Shown here: piece by piece, positions 20,105 through 30,352 of the stretch
Numbering within the stretch: the stretch's first letter is position 1
How the letters are laid out: each line of letters begins with the position of its first letter
Assembly (NCBI GenBank): GCA_963840885.1
Contig: CAWJAN010000006.1
Location: forward strand, 46,601 to 110,600
Source: an uncultured bacterium
GTDB taxonomy: Bacteria; Patescibacteriota; Minisyncoccia; Phycocordibacterales; GWA1-40-21
Direction of reading: 5' to 3'
Length of the DNA: 64,000 nt
Program-made: the position numbers and the translations under genes
The notes under the pieces: model-generated
The model's database searches: none
Told to the model about the DNA's origin: nothing
What the model saw: the letters and a program-made list of their open reading frames with translations, nothing else

Positions 20105-20437
20105 TTATAGGGACGGGTCAACCAAATTTTTTGGAGACATTTTGGAAATTTCAGTTTTTCTAGATTCGTAATCGTTTATTATAGATTGTATCTCATCGGT
20201 TTTCAGCATCTCGACTTTTATGGAAGAGGATGGAACGCTTATGTACATCTCGCCGCTAGTTATTCTGCTGTACATTATGCCGTCAAAAACAAGATCAAAA
20301 GCTACGAAAACTGAAAATATTATTATTATCGAAATCCAATCCCGGACAGGATTTATGATTTTTCTGGATGACAAGATTTTATTCAGGAATCCGTACTTCT
20401 CGCCAGTATTATTTTTTGTATTGTTTTTTTCGCTCAT
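20105..20437 (-). CDS. Single-TM hypothetical protein downstream of the pilMNO-like genes
   Basis: NPVRDW plus TM helix; operon position. Confidence 0.65.
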   Translation of the reverse strand: MSEKNNTKNNTGEKYGFLNKILSSRKIINPVRDWISIIIIFSVFVAFDLVFDGIMYSRITSGEMYISVPSSSIKVEMLKTDEIQSIINDYESRKTEISKMSPKNLVDPSL

Positions 20438-20545
20438 CCAAATTAGAAAATTTTAATTTTAAACTTATTTTCGACTTTGTTATCTAAAATATAATTTGTT
20501 GTTTTTTTCATTTTATTTATTTCATTGAATTTCTAACGGGACAAG

Positions 20546-21091
20546 TTATTTGAATTTTATTACCGTGAAATCCAGGCTTCCTGACCATTGCGGCGTCTTC
20601 GTGCCTGATGAAGCCGGTATGACATCCAGAGAAACGTCGTCAATATCTATCTTTAACGGATATTCTTCAAGAGTATCTATGAAAAAATGAATGTTTTTCC
20701 AGCTTCCCGTCATGCTCATGCTTATCTTTACGTATTCCATTCCAAGCGCCGAAAGCGCGTCAGAAGAATCGTAGCTTATCTGGCTTATGCTTTCCTTAAG
20801 ATTGCTCGATACGGCCGCATTTTCAACTGTTTTTATAAGATCAGAGACATTATCCTTTCCTACCACGTAGCTGTCCAGGTTGTTTTCATAATCATTCCCG
20901 TATTTTATGTCATTTTTCATCAGAAATGCGGTATCGCTTTTTATTATTTCTGATCTTATTTCGTTTCCGCTGCTGATGGTATCGGCAATCTGGTTTTTTG
21001 TAAAAGAAAACATGACAATCCAAAAAGCGAGAAGAGCCGTATCAAAGATGAGTATTATCACGACCAGTGCTTTTGTTTCTTTTCTTGGCAT
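20546..21091 (-). CDS. Type IV pilus assembly PilO-like protein
   Basis: N-terminal TM; GSWKNIHFFIDTLEEYP ferredoxin-like core; follows pilM/pilN. Confidence 0.7.
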   Translation of the reverse strand: MPRKETKALVVIILIFDTALLAFWIVMFSFTKNQIADTISSGNEIRSEIIKSDTAFLMKNDIKYGNDYENNLDSYVVGKDNVSDLIKTVENAAVSSNLKESISQISYDSSDALSALGMEYVKISMSMTGSWKNIHFFIDTLEEYPLKIDIDDVSLDVIPASSGTKTPQWSGSLDFTVIKFK

Positions 21092-21105
21092 ATTTTTAAT
21101 GGATC

Positions 21106-21645
21106 TTATTTCTTATCGTAAACAAGCGTTATGGAAAAATTGGCATTAGTATTATTTATAAGATACGATACCGGCAGATCGACGTTCGTGAAAGTTCCAT
21201 CATCCACTAGAGCTTTATTGAAAGACGTGAGATCGTCTCTTGTGGACGCTATTCCTGATATTGTTATTTTCTGCGAATTTCCCGCGGCAGCTGATATGGA
21301 GAAAGAAGATATGGATATATTATTATTTTTTAAAGAAATTATTTTATCTATAATGCCGCTATCGGAAATATTTGCCGTATCTCTCTCCAGAATATCCGCC
21401 ATACTATTCAGCTTTTTGACCAGCGCAACGACATCGTTATTGCTTTTGGAGGCCAGCGACTCGGTTATATCAAGCTGGTTTGCCACCGTCTTGCTTTCAT
21501 ATTTAGAAAAGATAGCAGAAGGTATGAAAAGAAGTATGAGGAGGAACAGGCCGAGAAAAACCGCCACGAGAAGAAATATGAGGCCTCTTAATATATATTC
21601 GAGCGTTACCTGTCTCTTATTTTTTTGTGGCAGAAAATCAAGCAT
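21106..21645 (-). CDS. pilN: Type IV pilus assembly PilN-like protein
   Basis: MLDFLP (INLLP-like) start, TM helix, ITISGIASTRDDL. Confidence 0.75.
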   Translation of the reverse strand: MLDFLPQKNKRQVTLEYILRGLIFLLVAVFLGLFLLILLFIPSAIFSKYESKTVANQLDITESLASKSNNDVVALVKKLNSMADILERDTANISDSGIIDKIISLKNNNISISSFSISAAAGNSQKITISGIASTRDDLTSFNKALVDDGTFTNVDLPVSYLINNTNANFSITLVYDKK

Positions 21646-22690
21646 TTTTGTTGATATTTTTTAATTTCATGTAAGGCATGGCCAGGCCTACGGCAGTTGC
21701 AAAATTAAGCGATTCTTTGAAATCTATGGGGGGAAGATAATTGTTTATGTCAAAAGTGTTGGACCATACATTTGCCGGTACTATTTCCATATCTATATTC
21801 TGCCCTACGTGGTTCAAAAAACCGGGAAGATCGGCCGAATCGCCGCACGCTATAATCTTGCGTATCGCGTCATCTCCTCCTATTGATTTTGACTTCACAT
21901 AATCTATGAATTTTTCAAGTTCATCCTTTATTATTGAGTATATATTAAGCGAGGATGCCATTGAATTTTTATTCTGATTGGAAGGCGAGACTCCAGCTTT
22001 TTCCAGGCTTTCATCTATGTAGCTTTTTCCTATATTCAGTACCGATGTAAAACGCACGGTATTTCCGTCAACAAAGGAAAAAATAGTCGAACTATATTTG
22101 ACATTCAATATTACATAGCTTTTCTTGTCGTCTTTCGGTATTACCGATCTTGCCGTCATCCTAGATTCTATTTCAAAATTCACCGGAAAAAATCCTGAAG
22201 CTACTATGGCATCTGAATAACTTTCTATCGTGGTTTTAGGTATGACCGATACGCTTGCGAATATGCCGCCGTCCTGCTTGTCTTCTCCTATTATTTCATA
22301 TTCGAAAAGAACCTCGCCGGCTTTGAACGGAACGTTTTCTTCAAGATGGAACTCAAGGGCCTGCCTGATTTCGCCCTTGTTCATTTTCGGCAATCTTATT
22401 TCAAAAATATAGGTCTTCTGTTCCGGAACGGAAACGTTCAGGGATTCTACTGAAATCTTGTTTTTCAGCTCAGAAAAAACTTTTGTGAACGCATCCTTGT
22501 TCAGTATGTCTCCGTCTTTCATGGTATTTTCCGGAAAGACTATTTCTCCGAAGTTTTTTACCGATAATCTTCCGTGTTCATTGAAAAATTCCAAAAATCT
22601 CACCGAGTGGTTTGAAATTTCAACTCCTGCCACCCTTATGGAAAGATAATCTAGTGGATAGGCAATCTTTTTAAAAAAATCAAGCTTCAT
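21638..22690 (-). CDS. pilM: Type IV pilus assembly PilM (actin-like)
   Basis: GVEISNHSVRF, IIACGDSA and FATAVGLA motifs. Confidence 0.85.
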   Translation of the reverse strand: MKLDFFKKIAYPLDYLSIRVAGVEISNHSVRFLEFFNEHGRLSVKNFGEIVFPENTMKDGDILNKDAFTKVFSELKNKISVESLNVSVPEQKTYIFEIRLPKMNKGEIRQALEFHLEENVPFKAGEVLFEYEIIGEDKQDGGIFASVSVIPKTTIESYSDAIVASGFFPVNFEIESRMTARSVIPKDDKKSYVILNVKYSSTIFSFVDGNTVRFTSVLNIGKSYIDESLEKAGVSPSNQNKNSMASSLNIYSIIKDELEKFIDYVKSKSIGGDDAIRKIIACGDSADLPGFLNHVGQNIDMEIVPANVWSNTFDINNYLPPIDFKESLNFATAVGLAMPYMKLKNINKNA

Positions 22691-22741
22691 AAAGCTTGAT
22701 ATATTATAACAGAAAAATATATAGGCTGTAACAGAAGATTC

Positions 22742-23341
22742 CTATTTTCTCCTGAATATTTGGAATGCCACCGGAAGCACGGATAATATTATTATCGCCA
22801 CTATTACCGGCAATATGTATTTGTCTATATCCGGAATAGCCTGTCCAAGAAAGTACCCCGTGAAAACCAGGCCGAATGACCACGCAAATCCTCCGAGCAT
22901 ATTGAAAAATGTGAAATCCGTGTATTTCATATTGCCGACTCCGGCAACTATGGGAGCAAAAGTTCTTACGATCGGCGTAAATCTGGCCATGACTATGGTC
23001 TTTTTGCCATATTTTTCATAAAACTTTTCCGCGCTTTCCAAATGTCTCTTATGGAAGAAAAAAGAATCCTCCTTAGTAAAAATCTTCGGCCCGACTTTTT
23101 TGCCGAACCAATATCCGGTATTGTCGCCAAGCACCGCGCATACAAAAGAGCCTACGGCAAGAAGACCTACGTCAAGATAATTCTGCGAAGCAAGGAATCC
23201 GGCAGTAAAAAGAAGCGAATCACCGGGAAAAAAGAAGCCGAAAAACAAGCCGGACTCCGCATAAACCACGAAAAATAGGCCTATGAGGCCGAGAGTCTTT
23301 ATGATAAGTATGGGATCCAAAAGGTTTGAAATATTAGGCAT
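22742..23341 (-). CDS. dedA: DedA-family membrane protein
   Basis: ESGLFFGFFFPGDSLLF, GDNTGY and ARFTPIVRTF motifs. Confidence 0.93.
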   Translation of the reverse strand: MPNISNLLDPILIIKTLGLIGLFFVVYAESGLFFGFFFPGDSLLFTAGFLASQNYLDVGLLAVGSFVCAVLGDNTGYWFGKKVGPKIFTKEDSFFFHKRHLESAEKFYEKYGKKTIVMARFTPIVRTFAPIVAGVGNMKYTDFTFFNMLGGFAWSFGLVFTGYFLGQAIPDIDKYILPVIVAIIILSVLPVAFQIFRRK

Positions 23342-23347
23342 TTGTTT

Positions 23348-24103
23348 TTATTTGAATTTTGTTCCTTCCGGAATATATTCCGGCACTTCCATAAGAGCGA
23401 ATTTTTCTCCGCTTGATACAGCAAGTATCATGCCGTTTGAATCGAGACCCATCATTTTTCTTGGTTCAAGATTGGTGACGAAAGCGACTTTTTTCCCTAC
23501 AACGGAATCTGCGGAAGGAAAATATTTGGCTATTCCGGAAAGAATCTGCCTGGGTTCGCCTTCGGCAAAATCAACTGATAGCTTGAGCAGCTTGTCCGAG
23601 CCTTCTATCGGCTCCGCAGAAAGTATTTTCCCTACTTTCATCTCTATCTTGGAAAAATCGTCGATGCTGATTTTTTTATTTTTCCCGGCCTCGGCTTCAG
23701 CCTGATTTTTCTTTTCATTCCTTGCTTTTTCCTTGTCCAAAAAAGTCTGGAGTATTATGGAAGCGGCGGAAGCATCCAGCATATCCGTCTTGCCGAAAGT
23801 TTTTTCCACCTGCATGGAAGACATAAATTCCGGCTCCAGGAAAACCGGGAGCTTTGCGGCATTTCCCAGTTCGCGCTTGAAAGATATTATTTCCGGATTT
23901 ATCTTATTGTCTTCTCCCTTATAATCTTTTGATTCTCCTATAACCAGAGCCTCTGCGGCATTTTCAGCGCAGAAATCGGCTATATTTTTTATCAGGCTGC
24001 CATTGTTTTCCATTACTATCTTAGGGAAAGCCACCTTTCCTTCGCTGTCGGAAACGGCTATTCCAACCCTCTTTTCTCCGTAATCTATTCCGAGATATTT
24101 CAT
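23348..24103 (-). CDS. YqgF/RuvX-like nuclease fused to an OB-fold tRNA-binding domain (MetRS C-terminal/Trbp111-like)
   Basis: N-terminal MKYLGIDYGEKRVGIAVSD...DASAASIILQ; C-terminal ISIDDFSKIEMKVGKI...SDKLLKL...RQILSGI...NLEPRKMMG.DSNGMIL. Start corrected to 24103. Confidence 0.85.
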   Translation of the reverse strand: MKYLGIDYGEKRVGIAVSDSEGKVAFPKIVMENNGSLIKNIADFCAENAAEALVIGESKDYKGEDNKINPEIISFKRELGNAAKLPVFLEPEFMSSMQVEKTFGKTDMLDASAASIILQTFLDKEKARNEKKNQAEAEAGKNKKISIDDFSKIEMKVGKILSAEPIEGSDKLLKLSVDFAEGEPRQILSGIAKYFPSADSVVGKKVAFVTNLEPRKMMGLDSNGMILAVSSGEKFALMEVPEYIPEGTKFK

Positions 24104-24185
24104 ATTTTTATATAGCACATCATACATCAATAAGGTCATAATAAAAAGTTTTGCCAGCTGGAAAAATTTTGCTACAATAAGCGGC

Positions 24186-24443
24186 ATGAGCACAGATATA
24201 TTAAGCCAGTCCATGGCAACTTATATTTCATCCAATCCTTGGATAATATTGGTAATCATTTGGTCTGCGGTTTGGAAACTGATAGCCCTTTGGAAAGCCG
24301 CAAGGCATGGCCAGATGACTATATTTATAGTCCTTGCCTTATTGAACACCATAGGCATTCTTGAAATCATTTACATAATCTATCTTCATTACAAAGACAA
24401 GAAAGATTCGATGAATTCTCCGAAATCTCCTATGCAAAGTTAA
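24186..24443 (+). CDS. Small membrane protein (DUF5652-like)
   Basis: WSAVWKLIALWKAAR...NTIGILEIIY. Confidence 0.75.
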   Translation: MSTDILSQSMATYISSNPWIILVIIWSAVWKLIALWKAARHGQMTIFIVLALLNTIGILEIIYIIYLHYKDKKDSMNSPKSPMQS

Positions 24444-24445
24444 AA

Positions 24446-24490
24446 CCAAAACAAAGAGCCGCGCCTGAAAGGCGCGGCTCTTTGTTTTGG
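24446..24490. terminator. Bidirectional terminator
   Basis: CCAAAACAAAGAGCCGCGCCT-GAA-AGGCGCGGCTCTTTGTTTTGG lies between convergent genes. Confidence 0.8.
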
Positions 24491-24508
24491 GCGAATAATA
24501 TTATCAGA

Positions 24509-25318
24509 TTAGAAACCGAAGAGATGCATGAAGAATCCTCCGATATTTCCTAAAAATCCTTTTATTCCTCCTGCTTTTGACGAAGCCACTGGTTTAGCCG
24601 ACTGGTCAATGACGAGTGAAGCTGTTACTGAATTTCCGTTTACCGTTCCCTGCACGAGAATATTATCTCCAATGGCGATACCAGAAACAGAACTTGTTGA
24701 ATTTCCTTTCGTTACCGTTGCGTTAGTAACATCGATTGTAAATTCCGTATTGCTGTTATTTTTTAAGGTTACCGTGTTTCCACTGATTGCAGAAACCGTT
24801 CCTGCCACAACAGGATTACCGTCTCCTGAAATCATAGATTCGGTCGATGTCGATCTGGATCCTTTTTGAAAACCTGAAGCGCCATTTCCCATTGTTGGCA
24901 TTTTTCCGTCACGGATTGTTTTTGCCACAACATTTGTTCCACTAACTGTTCCCTGTATCATTACGGTATCTCCTGAAGCGATAGATGAAACCGAGCTTGT
25001 GGCATTGTCTTTATAAACTGTCGCTGAACTTGCATCAACCGTATAAGTTGTTGCCGCTACTGCCGCAGTTGAGGTTCCGAAACCTTTTCTTGCCGGAGAA
25101 TTAACTGTAAGTGTGTTTCCGCTGACGGATGCTACCGTTCCGAATACTCCCTGGCCCATTCTCATTCCTCCCTGTATTGATCCTGGAGCTCCTCTGAAGC
25201 CCTGATGATTTGCATAAGGTGCGCTTGCGGGCGTATCGGCAAAAGCCATGCCTGCAAAACCTATCCCTGCAATCATAACTGATGCTGCTAATGTTCCTAA
25301 ATATTTTTTATTATTCAT
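24509..25318 (-). CDS. Secreted protein with two DUF5666-like OB repeats
   Basis: Signal peptide (AFA); GTV..xSGNTxT...TVDxxxATV...xGD.xxxQGTVxG occurs twice. Confidence 0.75.
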   Translation of the reverse strand: MNNKKYLGTLAASVMIAGIGFAGMAFADTPASAPYANHQGFRGAPGSIQGGMRMGQGVFGTVASVSGNTLTVNSPARKGFGTSTAAVAATTYTVDASSATVYKDNATSSVSSIASGDTVMIQGTVSGTNVVAKTIRDGKMPTMGNGASGFQKGSRSTSTESMISGDGNPVVAGTVSAISGNTVTLKNNSNTEFTIDVTNATVTKGNSTSSVSGIAIGDNILVQGTVNGNSVTASLVIDQSAKPVASSKAGGIKGFLGNIGGFFMHLFGF

Positions 25319-25430
25319 GTGTTTTGATTATCTGCTTATAAATCTAACCGTTCGTAAGCATTAATACGGCCTGCACTGAAAGCAGGGTGCAATAAAAATG
25401 CGGCTTTTATTGGCCGCATTTTTAAATTTT

Positions 25431-27548
25431 TTATAGCCTGTTTAGGAGCGCTCTCGTACCAGGACCGACTTGGCCTAGCTGGTCGAGGCCATATGCTTTT
25501 TGCAAAGCCTTAACCGCAGCAACGGTTACGCTTCCGAAGTAGCCCGTATCGGTAGGATATGTAAAGTATCCGAGTTGTCTCAGTTTGGCTTGCAGCTGAG
25601 TTACTGCCGTTCCTGAATATCCGAGCTGCAAATGTTCCGTGAACGCAAATGATGAAGCAGAACTTGAAGTCGTTGTCGTAGTCGTTACGCCAAGAATTGA
25701 AACTGAAATTGAAGAACAAACATTGGACGATGAGCAGACAGAAAGCACTGCGGATCCGGCTTGATTGCCTGTAATATTCAATGCGCTTCCGCTTACATAA
25801 ACCCCGACAGCGTTAGGATTAGAATTGTATGAAATATAATATCCCACTCCGGAGCCGCCATATATATTTACATTCTTATTTCCGCCAACATATAAGCTGA
25901 CAGAATTCTGGTCAAATGTTATAGGAGCAGCGCTTACATTACTCACTGCATTTCCGACCGATACGTACAAAGAATTGCACTGGCCTCCGGTCTGGCATAC
26001 GAGCAGATTCGCAGAACCGGCGGCAATGCCCGTAAGCACTATACTGGAACCGCTTATAGAGCCGGAAACAATTCCGGGATTCGAATTATTTGAGATGAAA
26101 TATCCTCCATTGCCTACGAGATATACCGCAGCTGTCTGGCTCGGACCAAGAACCACATTGTTCTGACTGAAAGTCGGCTGGACAGTTGAAACTGTTGTGC
26201 CGTTTCCGTTTACATTAACATTAAGCGTTATACATCCTCCGGCATTTGAACAAACGCTTGCCGACGATGCGCCTTGGCTTATACCAGTAATGGTGACGAT
26301 TTGCCCATTTAAGCTATAGCTTGCTTTTCCGTCATTATTCTGAATAACAGCGTAAGGCATCGTTCCGCCCGTAACAGAAATGCTTATGACTTGTCCCGCA
26401 GTAAGAGACAGATTATTCTGGCTTAAATTTATTGCTCCTCCTGATGCACCGCTCACCGTAACGGAAACTGTTCCGCAATTTCCGGAAACTGAACATACCG
26501 TTATAGAAGAATTTCCCGGAGTATTTCCGTAAATTACCAGGCTGCTCGTGGAAATATATGTCTGCGCGGAATTGGTATTTGAATTTGAAGAAACGTAATA
26601 ATTTCCTGAGCCGCCATAAACAGTGATGTTTTGCGTCTGGCCTGTGATAACGATTGCGTTGTTATTGCTGAAAGTGAGGCCTGTTGAAGAATATGTTCCT
26701 ATTGATGCCGTTATCACTCCGCATGCGGAAGAATCCGTCGAACAAACAGTAATAGTTGATGAACCCGTAGTGCCGATAGCAGACAGCGTAAGAGTCGGTC
26801 CGTTAAAGCTCGTGCCTATGATGCTTGGAGCGGAATTATATTGGGCCGTATAAAATCCGTTTCCTCCTGAAATGGAAATCTGGACGCTCTGACCGCTCAC
26901 TACGCTTACATTATTCCGGCTGAAATTCAGGGTATTAGATGAGGATTGCACTATCACATAGATGCTGGCGCAATTGGAATTCGATGAAGAGTTTATAAGG
27001 CAGACATTTGCCGTCGTCTGTCCCGCAGAAAGTCCGGTTACAGTTATTTGGTTTCCGCTGAAAGAGACATTGGCGACCTGCGGATTCGTATTGCTCGAAA
27101 GATAAAGCAATTGCGAGCCTGTATTTTGCGCAGTGAGGGTGGAAGATTGCCCGGCATTAAGGACGACGCTTGACTGGCTCAGGCTGAAATTAGACGATAC
27201 GGCATTTCCATATGACCACGATATGGGAGACGATGTCTGATTGTTTACGGAAACGCTTACATTGCTGTTTTCCACTATGTCATAGTCGGAAACGCCGAAT
27301 GATGTGGAAAAATTACCGGTTGAATTCGTTGTTCCGATGTATTTCCCCTGCAGCCCAGATGCATTGGACGAATAGTAATACATTATTACGCCGGAATTTG
27401 CATCGCCTACTACGTTCATATCTATAGTATTGGAATTGCTGCTGTCTACGGACATGTAAAGGGACGGGGTCATCGCATAAGCGGTGCCGGCCGAAAGAGC
27501 CGAGATAATGATGAGTAATGCCGTCAAATTTCTGAATAGTGCTTTCAT
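25431..27548 (-). CDS. Secreted protein with tandem Ig-like repeats (paired Cys) and a C-terminal peptidoglycan-binding domain
   Basis: About six repeats with SQNNxxL...VC...C; LQLGYSGTAVTQLQAKL..GYF..TGYFGSVT..AVKALQ. Confidence 0.85.
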   Translation of the reverse strand: MKALFRNLTALLIIISALSAGTAYAMTPSLYMSVDSSNSNTIDMNVVGDANSGVIMYYYSSNASGLQGKYIGTTNSTGNFSTSFGVSDYDIVENSNVSVSVNNQTSSPISWSYGNAVSSNFSLSQSSVVLNAGQSSTLTAQNTGSQLLYLSSNTNPQVANVSFSGNQITVTGLSAGQTTANVCLINSSSNSNCASIYVIVQSSSNTLNFSRNNVSVVSGQSVQISISGGNGFYTAQYNSAPSIIGTSFNGPTLTLSAIGTTGSSTITVCSTDSSACGVITASIGTYSSTGLTFSNNNAIVITGQTQNITVYGGSGNYYVSSNSNTNSAQTYISTSSLVIYGNTPGNSSITVCSVSGNCGTVSVTVSGASGGAINLSQNNLSLTAGQVISISVTGGTMPYAVIQNNDGKASYSLNGQIVTITGISQGASSASVCSNAGGCITLNVNVNGNGTTVSTVQPTFSQNNVVLGPSQTAAVYLVGNGGYFISNNSNPGIVSGSISGSSIVLTGIAAGSANLLVCQTGGQCNSLYVSVGNAVSNVSAAPITFDQNSVSLYVGGNKNVNIYGGSGVGYYISYNSNPNAVGVYVSGSALNITGNQAGSAVLSVCSSSNVCSSISVSILGVTTTTTTSSSASSFAFTEHLQLGYSGTAVTQLQAKLRQLGYFTYPTDTGYFGSVTVAAVKALQKAYGLDQLGQVGPGTRALLNRL

Positions 27549-27646
27549 GGTTTTATATTTATACGTCTGATAATCTCTTGTGGTGCATATTATAGCAAAA
27601 GAAAACCGCGGCTTAAACCCGCGGAAAGTTCATAATCTTTTTTCTT

Positions 27647-27808
27647 TTATCCTTTGAATGCAAAAGCCATAAGCACTATGGTCAAAGCATTCAAGATCAC
27701 CAATGCTATCGCCATCTGTGGTTTAGTTGGAAGCGGATGAATCAAAATATAAACCGTGTAGATTATTGCAACGATTGCCGCACCTATAAAATTCCCTCTT
27801 ATTATCAT
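27647..27808 (-). CDS. Putative 53-aa two-TM membrane protein (below the ORF-track cutoff)
   Basis: Manual translation MIIRGNFIGAAIVAIIYTVYILIHPLPTKPQMAIALVILNALTIVLMAFAFKG*; a hairpin follows at about 27605-27625. Confidence 0.55.
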   Translation of the reverse strand: MIIRGNFIGAAIVAIIYTVYILIHPLPTKPQMAIALVILNALTIVLMAFAFKG

Positions 27809-27891
27809 AATTTAGTTTTGTGTTAATTAAATGTCCCGGCCTTTGGATAATCATATCATTTTTTATTCAGGCAGGTATCTTGTTATAATAT

Positions 27892-28125
27892 ATGAATCTT
27901 ATTTATCAGCTCATTAATTCACTTACAGATATGAAATCAATTGAACCTGTTTTGCCGCTCTGGGGATATGTCATCATGGTTATCATTGTATGGGCAATCG
28001 TCCTATTCGTCGTATCGCAACTTATTCCAGCAAAATTCATAGTAGCTGTCGGCATCTGCGCCGGTTTTTTTATAAGTATGAGATATATGTATCTTCGCAT
28101 GCGCGTATCGCATCTCGAAAAGTAA
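27892..28125 (+). CDS. Small two-TM hypothetical protein
   Basis: Hydrophobic segments; TGTTATAAT just upstream. Confidence 0.55.
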   Translation: MNLIYQLINSLTDMKSIEPVLPLWGYVIMVIIVWAIVLFVVSQLIPAKFIVAVGICAGFFISMRYMYLRMRVSHLEK

Positions 28126-28129
28126 ACTG

Positions 28130-28216
28130 CGGAGAGGGCGAGATTCGAACTCGCGAGACCGTTTCCGGCCCTCTAGTTTTCAAGACTAGTGCTTTCAACC
28201 ACTCAGCCACCTCTCC
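28130..28216 (-). tRNA. tRNA-Ser(TGA)
   Basis: GGAGAGG/CCTCTCC acceptor stem, G73, CTAGT-CT-TGA-AA-ACTAG, long variable arm. Confidence 0.94.
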
Positions 28217-28316
28217 AATAGCAAACAATTTAACCTAAAACCGCAATATTATCAAGAATAAATTAACTTTGGTATAATCACATAAATTAACAGCAAGTAA
28301 AAAATTATTAAAACTT

Positions 28317-28619
28317 ATGAAAGGATTCATGGATTTCATCAGAGGACAAGGCGTCGTAGGGCTTGCTTCCGGATTTATTCTGGGAGGAGCGGTTTCAAAA
28401 GTCGTCGCAGCCATAGTGACTGATTTGGTAAATCCTATTTTAGGATTGGCGCTCGGCCAGATCAAAGGACTGGAAACGGCATCGCTAGATATCGCCTCTG
28501 CTCATATAATGTATGGCGACCTCATCAGCGTTCTGATAGATTTTTTTGCCGTGGCATTCGTCGTCTACTTCGGCGTCAAGGCTATACATTTGGATAAGCT
28601 GGATAAGCCGAAAGTCTAG
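28317..28619 (+). CDS. mscL: Large-conductance mechanosensitive channel MscL
   Basis: MKGFMDFI..GVVGLASGFILGGAVSKVV...YGDLISVLIDF. Confidence 0.85.
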   Translation: MKGFMDFIRGQGVVGLASGFILGGAVSKVVAAIVTDLVNPILGLALGQIKGLETASLDIASAHIMYGDLISVLIDFFAVAFVVYFGVKAIHLDKLDKPKV

Positions 28620-28620
28620 A

Positions 28621-30348
28621 TTAAAATATATCCGCTATCCTGAGCCTTACTTCCGGCCTGCCGCGGAAAAAAGATTTTTCAATATTTGCGAGCAGATTGA
28701 TTTTTTCTCCTTTCTCAATCTTTACGGAATAATTTTCCGGCTTAGTGAAAAAACCTATTGCCGATACGGAATAGCCTCTTGAATTTTTGAAATCAATCTT
28801 CAGATGGTCGCCTTTCTTGCCGAATAGTTTTGCATCATGCACCTCCGCGTTCTGAAACGCAAAAACCGGCTTCGGATTGTCCATGCCAAACGGCGCAAGC
28901 TTGCCAAGCTCGTTGGCAAGCCTCATGTTCACATCATCAATGGAAAGTTTCGCATCTGCTATCATTTCTTTTGAGATTTCTTTATTTTCTATTGATAATT
29001 TTTTATATGATAGCTCGAGCGCATCGGCAAGCACATCTATTTTTTCAAAATTTACCGTGAAACCGCCTGATGCCGCATGTCCGCCGTACTCGTCAAATAT
29101 ATCTCCTGCTTCGCGCATGGTGTCGACGACGCTGACGCAACCGTCTCCGCGGCACGAGCCTTTCAGATTTTTCCCCTCTTCTCTGCCCCAGAGGTAAACC
29201 GGCCCGGAGTGATCATCCATCAGTGAGCTAGCAACAAGGCCTAGAAGCGACGGCTTCCAATCGGGATTGCCCGCCACGAGGACTTTTCTTTTTTTCTCCG
29301 GATCGAATTTCTTCCAGTGGCTTTTTATCTCCTTGACCATTGCGGCGACAATTACCTTTCTGTCGTCGTTTATGGAATTCAGATGCCTGGCGTATTTTTC
29401 GGCTTCTTCATCATTGTCCGCAACAAGCATGCGGAAAGCGTCTTCCGGTATTCCCATGCGAGATGCCGCGTTTATTCTCGGAGAAATCATGAAGCCGATA
29501 TCGTCTTCGGTTAGATTTTTCTGATCGATTTTCAAGATCGACAAAAGTTTTTGGAGCCCTAAGCGCGGAGTTTTGCGCAAAACTTTCAGGCCATAGTATG
29601 CAAAAATCCTGTTCTCGCCGATAAGAGGAACCATGTCGGAGACAGTGGCGATGGCGACCATATCTAGAAGCCACTTTTCCCAGCCTTCTTTAATATCCCA
29701 ATCTTTTCCGTGCTTTTTCAAAAGCGCTTGGACCAGCTTGAAAGATATTCCGGATGCGCAGAGTATTTTTTCCGGATAGCGGCAGCTCGATTGCTTATGA
29801 TTGAGAAGAGCGACCGCTTCAGGCAATTTTTCTTTTCCGTTTACGATTGTAGGAAGATGGTGGTCTATGATAATAAGGTCTATTCCGTGCTTTTTTATCC
29901 TGTCCGCTTCTTTTATATTCGCGGTTCCGCAATCTATTGTTATGATGAGCTTGAATTTTTTCTCGGCAAAAACATCTATAGCATCGTCATTGAGGCCGAA
30001 TCCCTCAAGAACCCGATGCGGGATATAATTCTCGAAATTCCCGTATCCGATTTTTTTGAAAAAATCATGAAGCACCACCGCGCCAGGAATGCCGTCGGCA
30101 TCATAGTCGCTGTAAATAAGGATCTTTTCGTTATTTTTTACGGCGTCATATATCCTTTTGACAGCTTTGTCCATATCATGCATCAAAAATGGATCGTGAT
30201 TCTCCTCAAAAACAGGATTCATAAAATCCCTGGCTTTCTCGGATGTCTTTATTCCGCGGTAAAAAAGGAGTTTCCGTAAAAGTTCAGGATATGCTTTCAA
30301 TTCCTCGCTTGCGCTTTCCGGAATATCTTCTCGAATGGAATACGGCAT
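28621..30348 (-). CDS. recJ: Single-stranded DNA exonuclease RecJ
   Basis: DYDADG, TIDCG, DHH, PRINAASR, GGHAASGG and LAPFG motifs. Confidence 0.95.
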   Translation of the reverse strand: MPYSIREDIPESASEELKAYPELLRKLLFYRGIKTSEKARDFMNPVFEENHDPFLMHDMDKAVKRIYDAVKNNEKILIYSDYDADGIPGAVVLHDFFKKIGYGNFENYIPHRVLEGFGLNDDAIDVFAEKKFKLIITIDCGTANIKEADRIKKHGIDLIIIDHHLPTIVNGKEKLPEAVALLNHKQSSCRYPEKILCASGISFKLVQALLKKHGKDWDIKEGWEKWLLDMVAIATVSDMVPLIGENRIFAYYGLKVLRKTPRLGLQKLLSILKIDQKNLTEDDIGFMISPRINAASRMGIPEDAFRMLVADNDEEAEKYARHLNSINDDRKVIVAAMVKEIKSHWKKFDPEKKRKVLVAGNPDWKPSLLGLVASSLMDDHSGPVYLWGREEGKNLKGSCRGDGCVSVVDTMREAGDIFDEYGGHAASGGFTVNFEKIDVLADALELSYKKLSIENKEISKEMIADAKLSIDDVNMRLANELGKLAPFGMDNPKPVFAFQNAEVHDAKLFGKKGDHLKIDFKNSRGYSVSAIGFFTKPENYSVKIEKGEKINLLANIEKSFFRGRPEVRLRIADIF

Positions 30349-30352
30349 ATCT

